From positions 64,001-128,000 of the forward strand of contig CAWDKY010000025.1 of the NCBI GenBank assembly GCA_963802945.1: a stretch of 64,000 nt of DNA. Reading direction: 5' to 3'. The stretch comes from an uncultured delta proteobacterium. GTDB lineage: Bacteria > Desulfobacterota > RBG-13-43-22. Positions 20,584 to 31,436 of this stretch are shown here, one piece after another (within the stretch, counting starts at the first letter, position 1; each line of letters begins with the position of its first letter). The notes below the pieces were generated by a model, which did not search any database, had not been told where the DNA came from, and saw only the letters and a program-made list of their open reading frames with translations. Both the position numbers and the translations under genes were made by a program.

Positions 20584-21630
20584 CTATGGATTAGACAGTT
20601 TGGAGCCGGTTTGGCGGCTCACGTTCACATCAGGAACAACGGACATGCCCGGCCATAAAGGGTGATCCGGGTCGAATGGAGAATCGATAACGATCTTGAC
20701 CGGAATGCGCTGCACCACTTTGACGAAATTACCGGTAGCGTTCTCCGGAGGGAGCAGGCTGAAAACAGCGCCTGTGCCTGGTTGCAGACTGTCAATGTGC
20801 CCTTTAAAAACCTTGCCGGGATAGGCATCAACTTTTATCTTCACAGGCTGTCCCACAGTCATTTTTTTGATTTGGGTTTCCTTGAAATTGGCCACGATCC
20901 AGGGATCCTCTTTAACAATGGAAAGCAGGGTCTGCCCGGGCTGCACGTATTTTCCCACATCAATATTTTTCATGGCGATGATCCCAGCGATGGGTGCCGA
21001 GACTACCGTTCTTGACAGATCTAATTGGGCCCTATTCCGTGCCAATTCCGCCTCTTTGACCCGATAATTCTGGGTATTGAAACGGGCCTCAAGGGTTTTT
21101 ATGGCCGTTTCCGCTCCGGCCGCCGCCGCCGCCGCCGCTTCTTTGCGGGCCTGGGCCACCTGCAAGACGGATTCTGCATGTTCGAACTGACTCGTGGTAA
21201 CCAATCCCTCTTTATATAAATTATGATGCCGCTCCAATTCTTTGTCGGCCAGATTTTCCTCAGCCAGAGCGGCATTCAAACTGGCCCGGGCCTGCTGGAG
21301 GGCTTTCTTTTTTTCTTCTACCGAGTCTTGAATCTCGCCTTCTTCGGCTGTCAAGCGTGCTACCGTCTCTTTCCTTTCTTGAAACAGAGAGTTAAAATCT
21401 TCTTGAAAAATTTCCAGCAACGGCTTTCCGGCATCGACCTGTTGGTTGTCCTTAATAAAAATTTTCACGACTCGCCCTCTGACCTCTGAGGCAATGGGCA
21501 CAATGGTTCCGGCCACATAGGCATCGTCCACCTTTTCATGAGAAAGTGATCGGATAAAATAAACGGCCCCATAAATGACCACGGCCAAAATCACCAATAG
21601 AACTACACCCCTGAATGCCCATTTTTTCAT
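20584..21630 (-). CDS. emrA: HlyD/EmrA membrane fusion protein
   Basis: DDAYV, WIVANFKETQ, TGAVFSLLPPENATGNFVKVVQRIPVKI. Confidence 0.92.
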   Translation of the reverse strand: MKKWAFRGVVLLVILAVVIYGAVYFIRSLSHEKVDDAYVAGTIVPIASEVRGRVVKIFIKDNQQVDAGKPLLEIFQEDFNSLFQERKETVARLTAEEGEIQDSVEEKKKALQQARASLNAALAEENLADKELERHHNLYKEGLVTTSQFEHAESVLQVAQARKEAAAAAAAGAETAIKTLEARFNTQNYRVKEAELARNRAQLDLSRTVVSAPIAGIIAMKNIDVGKYVQPGQTLLSIVKEDPWIVANFKETQIKKMTVGQPVKIKVDAYPGKVFKGHIDSLQPGTGAVFSLLPPENATGNFVKVVQRIPVKIVIDSPFDPDHPLWPGMSVVPDVNVSRQTGSKLSNP

Positions 21631-21954
21631 GAGTTTCTTCTCGCCTTTCGGATCTGCTCGGCCGGTCTATCGCCGACTGATTTCTCAGTTATCCGCTTCA
21701 TTTAATTTGATAAAAAATTATTTGCTTTGTTATTTACTAAACAAATGTTATCAGGCCCTGAATAATTTTTCTACAATTAATTTTAGGGTGATATTTTAAT
21801 TTTTTTTTGCCTCCCTTTTTCTCCTAGATAAGATTAAAAATTTTGCTTTTTAAAAAAACTTATTCTTGATATCTTTCATATTTATGATATAGATATAGGC
21901 CTTATAAGCCAACCCCTTCACGCCAACGTTTTTCCCTTAGAAAGGAGATTGAAA

Positions 21955-23673
21955 ATGGAAGCAAGGACTTACCCTGAGTATAGCACTAATTACCCTCTAC
22001 TCCTCACGACCTTTATGAGAAGGCCTGTTAAAATCTACCCGAACGAGATAGGGATCGTTTACCGTAACCAATTCACCGCTGAATATCAGCGATTCACCTG
22101 GCTTCAGTGGTACAAACGGACCTGCAAGCTGGCCAATGCTCTTAAAAAGCTGGGAATCAAGCCCGGCAAGCCGGGAGAACCCGGAGACCGGGTCGGCACC
22201 ATGGCCCTGAATACCCACCGTCATATGGAGCTCTATTACGCCGTTCCCTGCTCCGGGGCTATGCTCCATCCCATCAATGTCCGGCTAGCCCTGGAACATA
22301 TCATCTACACCATCAATCATGCCGAAGATAAAGCCATTTTCTTTGACGATATCCTCCTGCCCATGGTGGAAGGCATCTATGATCAGATCAAGGACAAAGT
22401 GAAAAGTTTTGTCTATATGTCCGATAAACGGGGACTGCCTAAAAGCAAAATTGAAAATCTTTATGAATACGAGGCCCTGCTGGAAGCGGAATCGGATGAA
22501 TTCGAATGGCCCCATCTGCACGAAGACACCTTTGCCACCCTCTGCTACACCACGGCCACCACAGGTCTTCCCAAAGGGGCTATGTTTACTCACCGGGCCC
22601 TTTATCTGCAAACCATTCATCTGATGGCCATGCAGGCTGTCGGCAATGATCCCAGTGTCGAGTATCTTGGAGAAAATGTTGTGCCCATGATGACTACACC
22701 TCTTTTCCACATTCATGCCTGGTGTCAGCCTTTTGCCTATGTATTCAGTGCTGCAAAAATCGTCCTACCGGGGATGTTTACCGTGGATGGTTTTTGCGAC
22801 CTGGTTCAAACCGAAAAGGTGACCGTGGTGGCGGTCGTGCCGACTATTCTGGCCCTAATTCTGGAATATAAAGATTTGGACAAATATGACCTGAGCAGCC
22901 TGAAGTCAGTGGGTGTCGGCGGTGGGGCCCTGCCTTTGGGCTTAAAGGCCAAGGTGGAAAAGCGCATTCCGGGATTCAGCGCCGCTTCCGGATACGGTAT
23001 GACCGAAACAGCGCCCGTGACCATCGGGGCCTTTGTTAAGAAATATATGAGAAACTGGCCTAAGGAAAAAATTGACGAAGTCAAGGTCAAAACAGGACTT
23101 CCCATACTCGGGCTGGACATCGAGGTGGTGGATGAAAAAGGGAATCCGGTGCCTCACAACAACAGCACTATCGGCGAGATCATTATTCGAGGGCCATGGG
23201 TCATGGAACAGTATTATAAAAATCCTGAAAAAACGGCTGAAGTCTGGCGCGACGGCTGGTTCCACACCGGAGATATGGCCACAGTGGATGAAGAGGACTT
23301 TATTATCATTGCCGACAGGATGTCTGATGTTATTCGCAGCGGTTCTGAAATGGTCCCGACCGTGTTGCTGGAAAATCTGGCCGGTCTGGCCGACTTTGTG
23401 CTGGAAGCTACCGTCGTCGGAGTTCCGGATGATGTCTGGGGGGAAATACCCTTGGCCTTGGTCAAGCTGGTTCCAGGTTCCAAGTCCACGGAAGAAGATT
23501 TCATTAAATTTCTGGAGGCCGAAGGCGTGTCCAAAGGAAAAATCACCAAGTGGATGCTGCCCAAACTGGTGGCCATTGTGGATGACGTGCCCAAGACCAG
23601 TGTGGGGAAATACAACAAACGAGACATCAAAAACAATTTGAAAACCTACCTGGAAAAGGCCAAAAGGATGTAA
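21955..23673 (+). CDS. Medium/long-chain acyl-CoA ligase (AlkK/DmdB-like), copy 1
   Basis: YTTATTGLPKG, GYGMTET, WFHTGD, PKTSVGK; RBS AAGGAG before ATG 21955. Confidence 0.92.
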   Translation: MEARTYPEYSTNYPLLLTTFMRRPVKIYPNEIGIVYRNQFTAEYQRFTWLQWYKRTCKLANALKKLGIKPGKPGEPGDRVGTMALNTHRHMELYYAVPCSGAMLHPINVRLALEHIIYTINHAEDKAIFFDDILLPMVEGIYDQIKDKVKSFVYMSDKRGLPKSKIENLYEYEALLEAESDEFEWPHLHEDTFATLCYTTATTGLPKGAMFTHRALYLQTIHLMAMQAVGNDPSVEYLGENVVPMMTTPLFHIHAWCQPFAYVFSAAKIVLPGMFTVDGFCDLVQTEKVTVVAVVPTILALILEYKDLDKYDLSSLKSVGVGGGALPLGLKAKVEKRIPGFSAASGYGMTETAPVTIGAFVKKYMRNWPKEKIDEVKVKTGLPILGLDIEVVDEKGNPVPHNNSTIGEIIIRGPWVMEQYYKNPEKTAEVWRDGWFHTGDMATVDEEDFIIIADRMSDVIRSGSEMVPTVLLENLAGLADFVLEATVVGVPDDVWGEIPLALVKLVPGSKSTEEDFIKFLEAEGVSKGKITKWMLPKLVAIVDDVPKTSVGKYNKRDIKNNLKTYLEKAKRM

Positions 23674-23724
23674 GGAAAAATTAACAAGGCCTAACTTCCC
23701 CTTTTTTCCTTAAACAGTATCGAA

Positions 23725-23762
23725 TTCATGAACGCCGGCCTTATACTTCCGGCGTTCATGAA
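23725..23762 (+). terminator. Perfect 14-bp stem hairpin downstream of the ligase (possible terminator)
   Basis: TTCATGAACGCCGG-10nt-CCGGCGTTCATGAA; weak U-tract. Confidence 0.5.
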
Positions 23763-24315
23763 CTTAAACACTTATTCAAACCCTTTTAAGATATCTCCTT
23801 ATCAAGGAATATCCTGTTTCGGCGCTCCCTCTAAGGTCATTTCCACCTTCGTTGGGTTTCCTTTATGGAATTTTGCTGAAGGTTTTGTTTACTCCCAGTT
23901 TATCAAAAATCCACTAAAAACGAATTCAGTTGTCACTAAATCGGCCCGCTATAAAAGGAGATAATTCCCCATGAAGGGCTTAATAAATCCTGATAGGTTA
24001 GCCGTTGGCCAACCTTTCGTCCTTCGACAGAAACCTTCCTTCCATCAACTCCCTTGAAGGATGGATTGGTTGAATGGAGGACTGACGTTGCAGACAAGCG
24101 AATCATAAACACCTTTATAACCAAAAAGGGGATTAGATTTTTAAAAGAAAGTATGTTAAGCATAAAAAAATGGTTAAAAAAGTTTGATAGGATTGGGTGA
24201 TGAGGACCTTGGTTTACTTGATGCTGCTTTCTGAACCGTTAGAATCATTGGCCAAAAATTAGGACGGAAAAACAATAAAGTCCCGATATTATATCCCCAA
24301 GTTTTCAGGTACCTA

Positions 24316-25293
24316 TTGAAAGAAAATATTCAAGAAATTGCCTCCGGACTCTATAGAATCAGCTTGCCTCTTTCCTTTGGGCTGGATGGTGTCCACACCT
24401 TTGCAGCAGTTGAACAGGAACGGCTCGCCCTTTTCGACACCGGGCCTTATGTACCAGCAAGTCTGTCCATGTACAAAAACGTCTTGGCCCGCATAGGGAG
24501 GAGCGTGGAAGATGTCGATCGGATATTCATCACCCACTCCCATGTGGATCACTGCGGGTTCGCCGGGCGAATCAAAGAAATTTCAGGCGGCAGTATTTAT
24601 CTCTCGGAGATTGAATTCGAGTCTATTTGCCGTGCTCATCGGGATCATCGGAAAATGGACTCGATCGGATATTTTTGGCGGCATCATGGACTGGATGAAA
24701 AAACTATTTATACCTTTAGCGCCGTATTGGACGCCTTTACATCAGCAACCGCCCAATTCATCACCCAACATTTTCTAAATGACGAAGAATTGATAAAGAT
24801 TGGAGACAGGACCTTCTGCGCTCTCTTTACCCCGGGACATACCCGGGGGCATGTTTCTTTTTTTTTACCAGAAGAACAAATCCTTCTCTCTGGGGATTGT
24901 ATTTTGCCCCATATAACACCCAACTTGAGTCCCGACCTGGCCTGTCCGTCTTTTCTCCCTTTGGATCATTTTATAAGGTCTCTGGAACGGATAGAAGGTT
25001 TGCAGGTCCAATGGGTCTATCCAGCCCATGGGGAGCCATTTAACAATCTTAAAGCGAGGGTGGGAGAAATTTTAGATCATCACGTCCAAAGAAAGGACTT
25101 GACCTGGCAGTCCGTTTCAAATAATCCCCAAACGGCCTCTGAAATATCAAAAAAGATTTTCGGAGACGCTCTTCCCGGTTTTGACAAGGGTCTGGCCTTC
25201 AATGAGACCTATGTTCATTTAATACAACTGGAAAAAGAGGGACGAATTAAAAGAACGCAAAAGGACGGTCGAATCTACTTTATTAGAATTTAA
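24316..25293 (+). CDS. MBL-fold metallo-hydrolase with C-terminal winged helix
   Basis: THSHVDHCG, PGHTRGH, SGD, PAHG. Confidence 0.88.
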   Translation: MKENIQEIASGLYRISLPLSFGLDGVHTFAAVEQERLALFDTGPYVPASLSMYKNVLARIGRSVEDVDRIFITHSHVDHCGFAGRIKEISGGSIYLSEIEFESICRAHRDHRKMDSIGYFWRHHGLDEKTIYTFSAVLDAFTSATAQFITQHFLNDEELIKIGDRTFCALFTPGHTRGHVSFFLPEEQILLSGDCILPHITPNLSPDLACPSFLPLDHFIRSLERIEGLQVQWVYPAHGEPFNNLKARVGEILDHHVQRKDLTWQSVSNNPQTASEISKKIFGDALPGFDKGLAFNETYVHLIQLEKEGRIKRTQKDGRIYFIRI

Positions 25294-25341
25294 GGTGGGG
25301 CATGGATCTCACCCTGGTTTCGTTTGGTAAGGAGGTTAATA

Positions 25342-26703
25342 TTGGGACATTGGGCCTATGATTCGATTTTCTACCACATTTATCCGCTCGGATTTTGCGG
25401 TGCTCCGCTGGAGAATGATTTTTCCTCTCCTGGCAGTCCGCGGCTGAAACTGATCTACGACTGGCTGGATCATTTACAGAATTTGGGCGTAAACGCATTG
25501 TACCTGGGGCCGTTATTTGAATCCACCAGTCACGGTTACGATACGGCCGATTATTACCATATAGACCGCCGTCTGGGTAGTAATGAAATGTTATCACACT
25601 TGAGCGCTGTTCTTCACCAAAAGAATTTTCGCTTGATCCTGGACGGGGTCTTTCATCATGTCGGAAGAGATTTCTGGGCCTTCAGGGATGTCTTAGAGCG
25701 CGGTGAGCAATCTGCCTATTGCGACTGGTTCCAGGGACTCGATTTTCAGAAGCGCAGTCCTTATAACGATCCTTTCGCCTATGAAGGCTGGAATGGTCAT
25801 TACAACCTGGTTAACCTTAGTCTAAAAAATTCGTCAGTCAAAGATCATCTCTTCCAGGCCATTGCCATGTGGATTAAGGAATTTAATATTGACGGATTAC
25901 GGCTGGATGTTGCGGATTCCCTGGATATTGACTTTCTAAAGGAACTATCGAGAATTTGTAAAAGCCATCTTCCTGATTTCTGGTTAATGGGAGAAGTCAT
26001 TCACGGGGACTACCGAAAATGGGTCAATCCGGAAACCCTGGATTCGGTCACCAACTATGTGGGCTACAAGGGCTTGTACTCAAGTCATGTAGACCAAAAT
26101 TATTTTGAACTCGCCCATACGCTAAATCGACAATTTGGAGAAAAGGGTATATACCAAAATCTCCTCCTTTACTCTTTTGCCGATAACCACGACGTGAATC
26201 GTGTGGCCAGTCAACTCCGGAATTCGGCCCATCTTTATCCGCTCTACACCCTTTTATTTACGATGCCGGGTGTCCCTTCGATCTACTATGGAAGCGAATG
26301 GGGCATCGAGGGGAAAAGGACCAGTAAAAGCGATAAGGCGCTTCGGCCGCATCTCGATTTGTACGAGGTCTCTCGCAACAGCCCAAACCGCGATTTGTCC
26401 AAAGCGATCAGCCGCCTCGCTCATATTCGGCGTCATTCTATTGCCCTGCGATACGGTAATTACCGCCCGCTGTTAGTCAAACCGGAACAATTTGCCTTTT
26501 CACGTCAGACTCAAGATGAATGTGTCATCGTGGCCGTAAATACAGCGGACAAACCGGTTTCCTTTAAATTAACCCTACCGGTGAAGGGGGGGAAGCAGAT
26601 GATTGATCTGCTGAACCAAGGGGACCGTTTCCCGGTGCAGGACGGAAAAGTGCTCATCCCGGCTGTGAATCCCTGCTGGTCACGTATTTTGGCAGTGCAA
26701 TAG
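25342..26703 (+). CDS. GH13 alpha-amylase family (cyclomaltodextrinase/neopullulanase-like)
   Basis: DGVFHH, GLRLDVAD, GEVIH, FADNHD; TTG start after AGGAGG. Confidence 0.9.
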   Translation: MGHWAYDSIFYHIYPLGFCGAPLENDFSSPGSPRLKLIYDWLDHLQNLGVNALYLGPLFESTSHGYDTADYYHIDRRLGSNEMLSHLSAVLHQKNFRLILDGVFHHVGRDFWAFRDVLERGEQSAYCDWFQGLDFQKRSPYNDPFAYEGWNGHYNLVNLSLKNSSVKDHLFQAIAMWIKEFNIDGLRLDVADSLDIDFLKELSRICKSHLPDFWLMGEVIHGDYRKWVNPETLDSVTNYVGYKGLYSSHVDQNYFELAHTLNRQFGEKGIYQNLLLYSFADNHDVNRVASQLRNSAHLYPLYTLLFTMPGVPSIYYGSEWGIEGKRTSKSDKALRPHLDLYEVSRNSPNRDLSKAISRLAHIRRHSIALRYGNYRPLLVKPEQFAFSRQTQDECVIVAVNTADKPVSFKLTLPVKGGKQMIDLLNQGDRFPVQDGKVLIPAVNPCWSRILAVQ

Positions 26704-26841
26704 CAAGCTTGACCATCCTAAATGATTATTTTTCTGTTTTTCCATTAGACCCCTGATGGGAGCTTATTTTGTTATGTTTTTAACAAGATAACGCCAGCCT
26801 TAACTTTTTTTCATAAAAAGAATATTTTTTAAAAAAATCGC

Positions 26842-26907
26842 TTGACTTTTACTTAATTTATAGTAATGTATTATTACTATCATAAAAATTAACTATCATA
26901 TATGATA
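26842..26907 (+). promoter_or_regulatory. Promoter with candidate MarR operator palindromes
   Basis: TTGACT at 26842; IR TAGTAAT-5-ATTACTA at 26861-26879; perfect palindrome TATCATATATGATA at 26894-26907. Confidence 0.55.
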
Positions 26908-26922
26908 ACCAAAGGAGGCGTC

Positions 26923-27378
26923 ATGAGAGAAAAACAAGTCGATGAGATCGCTCAGAGCGCACTGATACTCTTTCCATTTCTGAAACAACTATTTAATGGA
27001 GATCCCGGTGACCCGGCGCTGGCGCCACTCCGAAACCATACCTATAACATCCTTCGCATATTGGAACGGGAAGGACCGCTCCCGATGTCGGCTATTGCCA
27101 GGCGTCTGCTCAGCGCCAAGCAAAACATGACTACTATCATCGACAAACTTAAGAAAAACGGATTGGTCGATCGCAAGTACGATGATAAAGACAGGCGGGT
27201 CATAAAAATTATCATAACCCCAAAGGGGATTATGTTTCTAAAAGAGAGTATGCCGGGTCTGAAAAAAATCGTCAGAGAAAACTTGTCTAAATTGAGTAAT
27301 GAGGACATTGAATCACTGCAGACCGTTTTTCGGGTAATCAGAAACGTCGTCCCTAAATTGCATGATGAAGGACGTTAG
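26923..27378 (+). CDS. MarR family transcriptional regulator
   Basis: wHTH MSAIARRL...MTTIIDKL..GLVDR...DRR...ITPKG; RBS AGGAGG. Confidence 0.92.
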   Translation: MREKQVDEIAQSALILFPFLKQLFNGDPGDPALAPLRNHTYNILRILEREGPLPMSAIARRLLSAKQNMTTIIDKLKKNGLVDRKYDDKDRRVIKIIITPKGIMFLKESMPGLKKIVRENLSKLSNEDIESLQTVFRVIRNVVPKLHDEGR

Positions 27379-27556
27379 GATCAGACTACAGATTGCTGAA
27401 ATCGGGAAGCCTTGTATTTGAACCTTTTTGAGCAACCTTTAAAAAAGATTTTCCGCATCCCTTTAATTCGTGGATGCAGTTACAAAGCCATTGGGATTTG
27501 GCCCGATTGTGGTCTTGGCAATGAGTGAAGAAATTCCGGAAAGGTAAATTAAAAAT

Positions 27557-29178
27557 ATGCTGATTAAAGATTTTTCATTAGAAACCGTTGAAGTTGGAGG
27601 CTATCCGATTCAAACCTTTAAGAACCGTTTTCGGAATTTGTGGGAAATGTTTCTTAAAAGTGCCGTCACCTATAAAGACGAGATATATCTGATCGAAGGG
27701 CAAAAACGAGCCACCTTCGGGAAGGCGGCGGACTTGGCCGTCGGTCTGGCTGCCCACATTAAAGAGAAGACCGGTGCCGGGCAAGGGGACCATGTGGGGA
27801 TCCTGATGGAGAATTCCATCGCTTTTATCATCTCTTTCTGGGCCATCCAGAACCTCGGAGCAACTGCTGTCATTTTCAACACCCGTTTGGCTGCTCCGGA
27901 ACTTAAACGGCAGCTTCAATTTTCCGATCTGAAAGGCCTACTTATTTCTCCGCTTTTATCGGGAAAGGTACAAGAGATTCCTGCTGCACCTCTGGAATTC
28001 CAACAGATCGTTCTTGGAGATGGTTGGATGACTGACCTCCCCAAAGGGGAGCAGGCACCCATTTTGAAAGGGATTTCTGAAGATGATACGGCCTTTATTC
28101 TTTTCACCTCCGGGACATCCGGAACACCGAAAGGGGTCATGCTGACCCATCGCAACCTCATCACCTGTGCCATACGCTCGGGGGCAGTTATTACACAAGG
28201 TCTGGCACTGGCTGCTTCTGAAGGTTTTACGATCCAACAGCCATCCAAAGAGCAGTACATGGTGATCGTCGCCCCTCTCTTTCACATCATGGCCATTGAG
28301 CAGATGGCAGCGGCCGTTTTCCTCGGTCGGGGCAGTATTCTGCTCCCCTCTTTCAATCCTCAGGAAATTATGGATCTCATCAATCGTGGAAAAATTTTTG
28401 GATTGACCGGAACCCCGACCATGTATTGGCTGCTGCTTCATAAAACGACCATTCGTGGCTCTAAGGTTGACAATATCCGGAGTCTGGGTTTTGGAGCGGC
28501 CCCTATGGCTCCGGATCTTTTAAAAGAACTCAAGGAGGTTTTTCCTTCGGCCCGACGAAGAAACGGATACGGGATGACCGAAGCCCCCTCGATAAGCGCC
28601 CTGCCGGACCTGTATATGGAAAGCCATCCTACTTCTGTAGGAAAACCGAATTTGTGCACCGAAGTAAAGATTGTCGATCCGGAAACCCGAGAGAAATTGG
28701 GTCCGCAATGTTGTGGGTGAACTGGCGGTTCGAGGTGCCCTGGTCACCAAGGGGTATTACAAGGCCCCGGAAGAAACCGCCAAGGTCTATCAGCAGGGCT
28801 GGTTTTATAGCGGTGACATGGCCTATCAGGATACAGATGGATTCCTCTATCTGGTTGGACGCAGCCGGGAGATGATCAACCGGGGAGGGGAGAATGTCTA
28901 TCCGGTCGAGGTGGAAAACGTCCTACACCTGCATCCCAAGATTCTGGATGTGGCGGTTTTCGGCCTGCCTGATCCGGTCATGGGCAGCATCGTGGTCTGT
29001 GCCGATAGTTCCCAGGCCGGGACCTGAGAGAATCACCCTAAAAGAAATACAGGAATACTGCCGGGATCAACTGGCCTCTTATAAAATTCCCCAAAAGGTT
29101 TTCTTTTTATCAGAGATGCCGACCAATCCGGGCGGGAAGGTGATGAAGAATAAGCTCGTCGAACAATTTAACGAATAA
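27557..29178 (+). CDS. Class I adenylate-forming acyl-CoA synthetase, split by two +1 frameshifts (~28703, ~29002)
   Basis: FTSGTSGTPKG and NGYGMTE (frame 1); GELAVRG, FYSGD, NRGGENVYPVEVE (frame 2); LASYKIP and PTNPGGK (frame 3). Confidence 0.85.
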
Positions 29179-29219
29179 TTTAACGCAACCACTTCTTCGT
29201 GAAAAAAGGAGAGTACACC

Positions 29220-30012
29220 ATGGACAAGCCAGAAATTTTGTTTAAGAAAGAGGAAGGAATCGCTACGATTACCTTGAATTGCCCCGAAAGGAAAAATTCT
29301 TTCTCGATGGACATGATAGACCAATGGGCCAATGCGCTGGGGCAATGGCGCTCCGACCCGGAGGTGAAGGTCATCGTCCTGACAGGCAGCGGCGACTCTT
29401 TTTGCAGCGGGGCGTATTTGGCACCGTCGCCGGCTGGAGCGGCAACGGCACCCACGGCCTTCGACCAAAAAAGCAATTTATGGGAACAGAATCCATCGCA
29501 TCCCTCTGACCTTGGAAGATATCGATAAACCCGTCATAGCCGCTTTAAACGGGGTGGCCGTCGGGGCGGGACTGGACATGGCCTTGATGTGTGATATCCG
29601 CTTCGCTGCGGAATCGGCCAGATTTGCCGAAGGATATGTCAAGGTAGGCTTTGTCCCCGGCGACGGGGGGGCCTACTACCTGCCCCGTTTGGTTGGCGTG
29701 GCCAAGGCCCTGGAACTCTTCTTGACTGGAGACTTTATTTTCGCACCTGAGGCAGAGAGAATCGGGATGGTCAATAAGGTCTTCCCCGACGACAAGCTGA
29801 TGGAAGAAACCTACAAATTTGCCCGAAGGCTGGCCGACGGCCCAACCAAGGTAATCCAACTGATCAAGCGGGCCGTCTATCAGAGCAGCCGCGTTGATTT
29901 GCGGACGGCCCTGGACCTGATCTCCTCACACATGGGCGTTATACGCACCACCAGGGACAGTCAAGAGGCCATGAAGGCTTCAATGGTAAGGCTCAAAGGC
30001 GGGAAAAAATAA
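29220..30012 (+). CDS. Enoyl-CoA hydratase/isomerase, split by a +1 frameshift (~29490)
   Basis: ITLNCPE and FCSGA, then IHRIPLTLEDIDKPVIAALNGVAVGAG and VPGDGG. Confidence 0.85.
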
Positions 30013-30043
30013 TAATAAATAGAAAAAAAGAAAGGAATGACTC

Positions 30044-31330
30044 ATGGACTTTTCCAACAACTACAATAAGGAGCAGGAAGAATTCGCCAAAGAGGTACGG
30101 GCCTGGCTTTCGGAGAACATTCCCAAGGACTTGGTCAAACCGAGGAGGATTTTGGAGATGAGCCGTAAGGAATGGGAAAGGCGGCGGGACTTGTGCCGTA
30201 AATTGGGCCAGAAGGGATGGCTGTATCCCACGTCTCCCCGGGAATACGGAGGAGGCGGACTGAATGGAGACAAAGCTGCTGTTCTGAATATCGAGATAGC
30301 CCAACAAGGATTGAGTCTTCCCCCGTTGTATGATTCGGGGAGACTGGCCGTCCCAACCCTTATGGCCTGCGCCACAGATGAGCAGAAAAAGCGCTTGCTG
30401 CCGCCGATCTTAAAAGGAGAAGCCGTCACCTGGCAGCTTTTCACCGAACCGGAGGCCGGAACGGACGAGGCCAATCAACAGACCAATGCCTTGCGCTCGG
30501 TCAAGGAAAAGGATTATTTCATCGTTAACGGCGGGAAAATATTCGTCGGCGCCCTTTATGCCCCGCCCGACCAGTTTCTGTTGCTGACTCGGAGCAGCCT
30601 GGAGGCCCCCCGGCATCAAAACCTGGCCATGTTCCTGGCCCCGGCCGATTTACCCGGCGTTCAGATTTTTCCTCTCAATCTTTTCCCGGATGGCACCTTT
30701 TCCCAGGTCTGTTATGGATCATCGGACAGTGCACCGGGCGTTAAGCATTCCGTATTCTTTGAGGATGTCAAGATTCATGAATCATACCTGATCGGCGGGG
30801 AGCAGGATGGCTGGAAAGTAACCAATGCCACCCTGCAGGTCGAGCATGGAGACCGGGCCAGCGGCCAGCCCAGTGGCCAGGGCAGGGCCGGTGCTGCCTA
30901 TATTCCCGGTGCCGCCTATATTCCCCGCAATCAGGTAGTGGATAAATTTTTGGACCAATGCCGGAACAATCCGGAAATAAAAAGACGCTTGCTTGAAAAT
31001 CCCCAGTTGCAAGGGGACATGGTCGAGGCTTACATCGGCGGAGAGATTGAAAGGCTTTTCCATTTAAGGACTATAGGTCTGCGCCGGTCCGGAAAGCGCG
31101 CCGCTCACGCGGGACCGCAAAACACCTTGTTTACTAAGACCTTTGGAATGAAGATGACCGGATACCTATCCAGGGTTCTGGGGCCTCTTGCCCTGACCAG
31201 TGACGAGGACTGGGGTCTTGAAGAAGGCCTCTTTGAGGTTTGCGAACGAAACGGTATATGTATAGCTCCGGGCGGCACTCCCGAGGCTTTAAAAATCATT
31301 ATCGCTCGGGCCTTGCGGATTGGGAGATAA
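30044..31330 (+). CDS. Acyl-CoA dehydrogenase (alpha-like subunit of heteromeric pair)
   Basis: WQLFTEPEAGTD, NGGKIF, VFFEDV, APGGTPE. Confidence 0.88.
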   Translation: MDFSNNYNKEQEEFAKEVRAWLSENIPKDLVKPRRILEMSRKEWERRRDLCRKLGQKGWLYPTSPREYGGGGLNGDKAAVLNIEIAQQGLSLPPLYDSGRLAVPTLMACATDEQKKRLLPPILKGEAVTWQLFTEPEAGTDEANQQTNALRSVKEKDYFIVNGGKIFVGALYAPPDQFLLLTRSSLEAPRHQNLAMFLAPADLPGVQIFPLNLFPDGTFSQVCYGSSDSAPGVKHSVFFEDVKIHESYLIGGEQDGWKVTNATLQVEHGDRASGQPSGQGRAGAAYIPGAAYIPRNQVVDKFLDQCRNNPEIKRRLLENPQLQGDMVEAYIGGEIERLFHLRTIGLRRSGKRAAHAGPQNTLFTKTFGMKMTGYLSRVLGPLALTSDEDWGLEEGLFEVCERNGICIAPGGTPEALKIIIARALRIGR

Positions 31331-31348
31331 GCAAAAGTCAAAAAACCC

Positions 31349-31415
31349 GGTACAAGGTACGAGGTGCAGGGTACACGGTTTTAACCTTAAACCTCAGACC
31401 TTAGACCTTGAACCT
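31349..31415. repeat. 7-mer array (GGTACAA/GGTACGA/GGTGCAG/GGTACAC) with inverted-type array (AACCTTA/AACCTCA/GACCTTA/GACCTTG)
   Basis: Read directly between the two ACAD genes. Confidence 0.7.
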
Positions 31416-31436
31416 TTTCTTTAAAGGAGAATAGAT

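Noticed and set aside
28718-28720. Selenocysteine at CCG-TGA
   Set aside because: The Cys-Cys-Gly-stop arises only after the frameshift; homology continues in another frame.
28700-29495. Programmed ribosomal frameshifting
   Set aside because: No slippery heptamers, and not expected for these enzyme families.
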